From Eledone cirrhosa (Eukaryota), in contig OZ024760.1 in NCBI GenBank assembly GCA_964016885.1, positions 11,532,001-11,596,000 on the forward strand: DNA of 64,000 bases, in the 5' to 3' direction. The position numbers were made by a program, and so were the translations under genes. The notes under the pieces were generated by a model. The model was not told where the DNA came from, did not search any database, and saw nothing but the letters and a program-made list of their open reading frames with translations. Positions within the stretch are counted from its first letter, which is position 1. Each line of letters opens with the position of its first letter. Of the stretch, positions 56,558 to 64,000 are shown piece after piece.

Positions 56558-56797
56558 TGTGGTATAGATGTTCAGAATAAACAAATGAGAGGTAGTGTAT
56601 TGGTCAGTAATAGTGGGCTCACATAGTGAGAGCGTCTCTTTCAAAACAAATCACATTTTCAACAAAAAATTATGTCATTATTCATTCGGTCTATATGAAA
56701 ACTTTAATGACGTTATTCAAATATTTGTGATAAAGAGTCTGGCTGTCTGTGAAACTTTGGGGAAAAAACAGAAATAATAAACCAGCTCACATTCATA

Positions 56798-56831
<34 letters not shown>

Positions 56832-56903
56832 TATGATTAGTGTATATTAAACAATGTTTACCTTGCTTTCCATTGATATATATATAGATAGATAGATAGA
56901 TAT

Positions 56904-57151
56904 ATTTCTTTATTAGCCACAGGGGCACAAAAGAAGGGGACAAATACAAAGGGGGAAGTTTACATACAATAAAAACGTGTAAAATGTTATCACAGATGGA
57001 ATTTAAAAGTTAGTCGATTTTCCCCAATAGAGGGAGACAGTTTATATGGGTAACACATACCCCCGAAAAAAATGTGCAACCCTCATCTCCAGGAGTACGA
57101 AGAGCTTGTACTCCTTTCCTCTCCTCCTCCTTTTCCTCAATCTACAGGCTG
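56904..57151 (-). mobile_element. Possible LINE 3' end inserted in (GATA)n
   Basis: Minus strand ends cccctgtggctAATAAAgaaa; (TAGA)n on both sides. Confidence 0.35.
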
Positions 57152-57153
57152 AT

Positions 57154-57218
<65 letters not shown>

Positions 57219-57821
57219 TACAACACTGACATAAGCAGGTACTCAAGTTTCTTTGGATTCTGGGCCCCAAGTCATTCAGCCTATCATGAGAAATATTTAT
57301 ATATATATTTCATATAAATACTATATATACGTATATTTATATATATATATACTTATTTATATATATATATACTTATTTATATATATATATACGTATATTT
57401 ATATATATATATACTTATTTATATATATATATACTTATTTATATATATATATACGTATATTTATATATATATATACTTATATATATATATATATACTTAT
57501 TTATATATATATATACTTATTTATATATATATATACGTATATTTATATATATATATACTTATTTATATATTATATTATATTAATAAGATTCAAACAAAAA
57601 TGCATGCTACCTAAGGTTTCTAAGTTCTACCCTGCACCTGTATTTCTTATCTCATCCTCCCCATCTCTCTCCTTATCTTCCCCCCTTCCTTTCTCTGTGC
57701 CCCCACCACCACCACCAACCACCACCGCCACCTCCACCTGTTTTAACCACATTTTATTGGTTCGAATGGCTGTTACATATATGTGTTTCGTGTAATATTC
57801 TAGTTGATATATTGACTATAT

Positions 57822-57894
<73 letters not shown>

Positions 57895-58129
57895 ATATAT
57901 ATATACATGTATGTATGTGTGTTTATGGAGTACTGATTTCATAATAAGAATAATGATAATAATATTGATGATGATGATAATGATGATGATGATGATATAA
58001 ATAAACATAGTTTTATTTCATAAAAAAATACCCACACATGCGTTTCTTGCATTCACTTATTTCTTCGTTGTTTCTTATTCATTGCCCCTCCCTCCTGCAC
58101 TCCACGCCTCAAGATCTTCAGACTGATGT

Positions 58130-58245
58130 TTATCCTGGTTTCATCGGCGTTAAATGACCGAGAGTACAAGAATCTACACCCACCACACCCATTCTGGATA
58201 TGACGCTAGTCCATCGCAAGATTAACTCCCCAGTTACAGCTGCTG
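58130..58245 (-). mobile_element. SINE internal/3' fragment
   Basis: Minus ttgcgatggactagcgtcatatccag...gaaaccagga resembles common SINE body motifs (recalled). Confidence 0.4.
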
Positions 58246-58247
58246 GA

Positions 58248-58772
58248 ACACAGCACACAACACAGCACAACATAACACAACACAACATACAGCACAAAAT
58301 ACAACATGACACACAATACATGGCACACAACACACAACACAACACAACATGACATACAATACATGACACACAACACACAACACAACATGACATACAACAT
58401 AACTTAACACGACACAACATACAATACAAAACACAACGCAACAACACAATACAACATGACACGCAACACAACACAATATACAACACAACATGACACAGAA
58501 CACAACACACAACATAACACAACACAGCATACAACACAACATAACACAACACAACATGACACACAACACAACACACAACACAACACACAACCCAACCCAA
58601 CACAACACACAACCCAACACACAACACACAACCCAACCTAACACAACACACAACCCAACACAACACACAACCCAACCCAACACACAACACAACACACAAC
58701 CCAACCCAACACAACACAACACACAACCCAACACACAACCCAACACACAACCCAAACCAACACAACACACAA
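58248..58772. repeat. (CACAA)n-type pentanucleotide repeat
   Basis: Direct inspection. Confidence 0.9.
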
Positions 58773-58859
58773 CCCCGTACTGGAAGTGAACGCACGAGAT
58801 TATGATCGTAAATCCAAACACACTCTAACCATTAAGCCACACGCCATCATTGGATTCAC

Positions 58860-59150
58860 TGTAATTTATTTTATCGACCAGATGACAGATGACAGATGAA
58901 AGATGACAGATAAAGATGACCTGAGTGAGATTTAAACTCGGAATGTAAAATGGCGGATCAAATACAACAAAGTGTTTTGTTTGACGTTCTAATGTCTCTC
59001 TTCATCCACTTCTCTTTGATTTATAATAGGAGCTACTGGGTCACATATTTATCAATAAAGTTTAGTCGATTAAATCGATTCCAAGTATTTGACAGCGACC
59101 CTTGAATGGATGAAAGGCAAAGTTGACCTCAGTGGGATTTGAACTCAAAA
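58860..59150 (-). mobile_element. Two degenerate S2 SINE fragments
   Basis: tttattttatcgacc...gacctgagtgagatttaaactc and ggatgaaaggcaaagttgacctcagtgggatttgaactca. Confidence 0.6.
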
Positions 59151-59215
59151 TTTGACTTTTTTATGTTTCTATCGACCTCTTGGGAAAAACGGTTTCTAAT
59201 TTTGATACAAGTGTT

Positions 59216-59308
<93 letters not shown>

Positions 59309-59376
59309 TTTATATATATATAGTTGTAATAGTAGTAAATACAAAGACCAAAATCCAAAAGGACTCGATAAGGGTT

Positions 59377-59469
<93 letters not shown>

Positions 59470-59517
59470 TAAACAAATAATGAATAAACAATTCCTTATA
59501 TTAAACAAAAAAAGTTC

Positions 59518-59665
59518 ATTATTTAACGATCGTTTCTAGGATATATATGTGTTAGAGTTGGCATGCATATTCAACAGATCTATGTACAAAATTATACAAA
59601 ATTATACAAACTATCAAGATTAAATATACATACCAACACATATATACGCCGTCTTCAGAAATAAT
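59518..59665 (-). ncRNA. Type I hammerhead ribozyme with long stem II
   Basis: Mirror of 59666-59813. Confidence 0.75.
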
Positions 59666-59813
59666 ATTATTTCTGAAGACGGCGTATATATGTGTTGGTA
59701 TGTATATTTAATCTTGATAGTTTGTATAATTTTGTATAATTTTGTACATAGATCTGTTGAATATGCATGCCAACTCTAACACATATATATCCTAGAAACG
59801 ATCGTTAAATAAT
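59666..59813 (+). ncRNA. Type I hammerhead ribozyme with long stem II
   Basis: attattt CTGAAGA cggcgtatatatgtgtt...aacacatatatatccta GAAA cgatcg TT aaataat. Confidence 0.77.
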
Positions 59814-60001
59814 GAACTTTTTTTGTTTAATATAAGGAATTGTTTATTCATTATTTGTTTAATATTTTATCTTGACTCTGTATACCGTTTATCTTTCACC
59901 GAAAGTGATTTTTCATTACATCTCTTCTTTCCATGATATCCGGAATACATTGAGTTCTTCATACGGATTGGACACTACCGTAAACTCTTGGTAGATTTAT
60001 C

Positions 60002-60044
<43 letters not shown>

Positions 60045-60113
60045 GTAAAGCAAAAATTTATTATTAGCAGAGATTAAAAGTTTACGTAAACAATTTCTGC
60101 TTTCACCCCTAAA

Positions 60114-60174
<61 letters not shown>

Positions 60175-60215
60175 AAATACTTATTTCCTTTGCCTTTTCT
60201 ACGGAAATACTAAAC

Positions 60216-60259
<44 letters not shown>

Positions 60260-60547
60260 GAAACACACAGATACATTAATATATTAATAACTCCCTCTGG
60301 TCGAGCAATCTTTGAAGTGTGGGGACAACTGGAAAGCTTCCATTACTCATACTTCTCGCCTTCTTCACTACCTCTTCTACGGCCTCGATATGAATACCCC
60401 CTCCGCCTCCGTGGTATTTTCTTCGTGGTTATAGGAGGCTTAGCTCTGTTTCTCGACCGTTATATCGCGTGACTATCTCCCCCTCCGCCTTTTGGGATTC
60501 TTTCTCACGTCGTGTAGACACGTTCTTGAGACTAGTAAAATGAGGTA

Positions 60548-60635
60548 TCCTCTTGATAAGTCGGCAGACCTCGCAAGGACTCTATATCTTTGATATATTG
60601 TTTTTGTTTATGCCACGAAACTACGTAGTCGAGGA
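60548..60635 (+). ncRNA. Type I hammerhead ribozyme, U3-A8 core variant
   Basis: tcctc TTGATAA gtcggca...tgccac GAAA ctacgtag TC gagga; downstream gaggaatttaggaacagttta resembles the sequence after the 56145 ribozyme. Confidence 0.75.
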
Positions 60636-60704
60636 ATTTAGGAACAGTTTAGGTATGATACATTTTATTACTAATTATATCTAAATGTTTCTTCTCTCTT
60701 CATA

Positions 60705-60755
<51 letters not shown>

Positions 60756-61018
60756 CATTAACATTAATATATAAAATAACAATCATATATAATTATTTTT
60801 TGCTTGAATTTCTTTTTATAGAAGGACCTCAAAGTTGATATAGTTTAGGGCCCAGCAGTCTGGCGCTGATCAACTGGAAGAACAAGCAGAAAGTCACTTG
60901 TCTTTCCTATCGGTGGAATTCGAAATTTCAGAATGTACTTAGAAAGGGATGTAACTCAAAACTTTAGTTTATTAATCTATTTTTACCTGTCATTCTACCT
61001 ATTTTGTCACGGTATGGC

Positions 61019-61617
61019 ACTCTGCAACCTTCAGCGCCACCTAGACTATTTATTCACTGCAGAAAACATTTTTGATTCTGTCGCTCTACCGATTTTGCCA
61101 TGCAATGCTACTCTCCAACCTTCAGCGCCACCTAGACTATTTATTCACTGCAGAAAACATTTTTGATTCTGTCGCTCTACCGATTTTGCCATGCAATGCT
61201 ACTCTGCAACCTTCAGCGCCACCTAGACTATTTATTCACTGCAGAAAACATTTTTGATTCTGTCGCTCTACCGATTTTGCCATGCAATGCTACTCTCCAA
61301 CCTTCAGCGCCACCTAGACTATTTATTCACTGCAGAAAACATTTTTGATTCTGTCGCTCTACCGATTTTGCCATGCAATGCTACTCTCCAACCTTCAGCG
61401 CCACCTAGACTATTTATTCACTGCAGAAAACATTTTTGATTCTGTCGCTCTACCGATTTTGCCATGCAATGCTACTCTCCAACCTTCAGCGCCACCTAGA
61501 CTATTTATTCACTGCAGAAAACATTTTTGATTCTGTCGCTCTACCGATTTTGCCATGCAATGCTACTCTCCAACCTTCAGCGCCACCTAGACTATTTATT
61601 CACTGCAGAAAACATTT
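61019..61617. repeat. 91-bp tandem repeat, about 6.5 near-identical copies
   Basis: ORF starts recur at 61072, 61163, 61254, 61345, 61436; degenerate copy upstream from about 60980. Confidence 0.95.
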
Positions 61618-61852
61618 AATAACGTCTGCTGTTCCCAATTTTTTTTTTAATCGTCTGCTTTTAATCAATTTTCTTTTTTCTTTTTTTTTTAATTCTTTAT
61701 TTTCAATTTTAAAATTATTTTCACTATTTATAATTTCCTCCATTTTATTGTATTAACAACTTATTTTATTTTCAATGTGTCAAAGATATAAAAAAAATAT
61801 TCAAAAGTGTATTTTTCGTAGATTTTCTTGTTTGTTTTTTTTCTAAAAGATT

Positions 61853-61885
<33 letters not shown>

Positions 61886-62761
61886 GTTATGTTTAATGTT
61901 TTGTTTATGTTTGTAGTTTTTTTGTGTGGGTGGGTGTGGGGCAGGTTGCTGTTGTTGTTATTGTTGTTATTATAGTTGCTGTTGTTATTATAGTTTAATA
62001 TTTTTGTTTGTATTATGTGCTTTTGTGGGTGATGGTGGGTGTGGGACAGGTTGCTGTTGTTGTTGTTATAGTTGTTGTTGTTGTTATAGTTGCCGTAGTT
62101 GTTGTTATAGTTATTGTTGTTGTTGTTTATAGTTGCCGTAGTTGTTATAGTTGCTGTTGTTGTTCTTATGTATGTGTTGTAGTGTGGCAGGGAGTTTGTT
62201 GTTGTAGAATCTGTTAATTTTATTTTCAATTATTCACCATCTTAATTACTGGTTATTCATCAAGGAATTACCTGTCACCACTTCTTTCTCTACCTTTTAT
62301 CTGTCCTCTCCTTTATTTACTTTCCTTCTTAATGTTCTTGTTATTGTTCTTGTTATTGTTCTTATTGTTGTTGTTGTTGTTAATGTTCTTGTTATTGTTG
62401 TTGTTAATGTTATTGTTGTTTGCTGCTTCTTTTATTTACTTTCCTTGTTATAGTTGTTATTGTTGTTGTTGTTGTTATTGTTGTTATTTGTCCTCTCTTA
62501 TTTACTTTCATTGTTGTTGTTTATTTACTTTTGTTGATTGTTCTAGTTGTTGTTAATGTTATATTCTCTCTCACTCTCTCCTGTCTCTCATTCTCTCTCT
62601 CTCTCTCCCTCCCCCCCCTCTCCGTCGCTCTCTCTCCTGCCTCTCTCTCTCCCTCCCTCTCTCTCCAATCCTTTTGTTTTTCTTCTTTCTTCTTTTGTCT
62701 TCTAATTATTCCGTCTTTCCCCCATATTGTGGCTATCACACTTTACTATCAATATGTTTAT

Positions 62762-63157
62762 CTCTGTCTGTCTGTCTGCACGTCTGTCTGTCTGTCTGTC
62801 TGTCTGTCTTCCTGTCTGTATGTATGTATGTATGTATGTGTCTGCACGTCTGTCTGCCTGTCTGCACGTCTGTCTGTTTGTCTGTATGTCTGCCTGTATG
62901 TCTGCCTGTCTGTCTGCCTGTCTGTCTACACGTCTGTCTGTCTGTCTGTCTGTCTGCCTGTCTGCACATCTATCTGTCTGTCTGCCTGTCTGCACGTCTG
63001 TCTGTCTGTCTGTCTGTCTGTACGTCTGTCTGTCTGTATGTCTGTCTGCACGTCTGTCTGTCTGCACGTCTGTCTGTCTGCACGTCTGTCTGTCTGCACG
63101 TCTGTCTGTCTGTCTGTCTGCACGTCTGTCTGTCTGCATGTCTGTCTGTCTGTCTGT
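62762..63157. repeat. (TCTG)n with CACG interruptions
   Basis: Direct inspection. Confidence 0.9.
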
Positions 63158-63204
63158 CCTTTTTAACAGTTAATCTTGTTTTGATTTATTCGATTACCAG
63201 ACTC

Positions 63205-63570
63205 CGCCACCACTACCACCATACCATCATACCACCATCACCTCCACCACTACCACCATACCATCATCATCATCACCACCATCACCTCCACCACTACCAC
63301 CATACCACCATCATCATCATCACCACCATCACCTCCACCACTACCACCATACCACCATCATCATCACCACCATCACCTCCACCACTACCACCATCATCAT
63401 CACCACCATCACCACCATCACCTCCACCACTACCACCATACCATCATCATCATCATCACCACCATCACCTCCACCACTAATTTCCCCTGCACCATCATCA
63501 TCATCACCACCATCACCGCCACCACTACCACCATACCATCATCACCACCATCACCTCCACCACTATTTTC
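63205..63570. repeat. (CAC/CAT)n compound repeat
   Basis: Direct inspection. Confidence 0.9.
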
Positions 63571-63809
63571 CCCTGCACCAACACCAACCGCCGCCACCGA
63601 TAGAGTGACTATCTTTGACACCATCAGAATTCCCAACATCATCATCACCATCAACATTATCACTAGCATTATGATCACAAACACCGACGCCAAACCATCC
63701 GCCAATAATTCACTATATATAACACCACCTTTCTCTCTCCTCCTCCTCCCCCTCCTCCTACTACTACTACTACTACTAATACTACTACGAAAAGAAAATA
63801 GCTGTGTTT

Positions 63810-63990
63810 GGTACTTTATTTATCGACCTCAAAAAAGGAGAAAAGACAAGAATATACTTCTATAGGGAAAGTGACAGATAGAGGAAGAACTAACTCCAGT
63901 CCAGGACTGGACTTTACTGCTACTTTATTTATCGACCTGAATAAGAGAGAAAAGGCAAGAATAGGCCCCTACAAGATTTGAACTCAGAGC
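63810..63990 (-). mobile_element. Degenerate S2 SINE fragments (two tandem)
   Basis: tactttatttatcgacct twice; aaaggcaag...gatttgaactcaga. Confidence 0.5.
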
Positions 63991-64000
63991 TAAGAAAGAA

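Larger units (their letters stand above)
59461..60005 (+). mobile_element. PLE terminus family J: 410-bp perfect palindrome plus 135-bp tail
   Basis: 59461-59665 mirrors 59666-59870 with no spacer; tail gactc...gagtt...ctacc/ggtag...tctaca|TA. Confidence 0.9.

Noticed and set aside
60933-61756. Repeated 61-aa ORFs
   Set aside because: Artefact of the 91-bp tandem repeat read across frames

Overview
AT-rich, microsatellite-dominated animal DNA. The SINE families and the very high (TA)n content suggest an octopod cephalopod (inference). Almost every ORF in the supplied track is an artefact of simple repeats. The short unique islands between (TA)n tracts are mostly one class of object: at least 20 insertions from about 10 sequence families of Penelope-like (PLE) retroelement termini. 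They share the architecture (TA)n - inverted partial copy - sense copy - 75-145 bp tail - (TA)n. Many carry minimal type I hammerhead ribozymes (stem I - CUGANGA - stem II - GAAA - palindromic stem/loop III - UH - stem I), often on both strands as fold-back pairs, with stem covariation and U3-G8/U3-A8 core variants. One copy keeps a GIY-YIG endonuclease remnant (1740-2270, minus) that the ORF track misses. Also present: tRNA-derived SINEs, probable RTE and LINE fragments, a small Tc1/mariner-like MITE, 38-bp and 91-bp tandem repeats, a 9.3-kb (TA/TG) array, a 200-N gap and one plausible coding exon (40049-40153). All structure calls were made by eye and need computational and biochemical confirmation.
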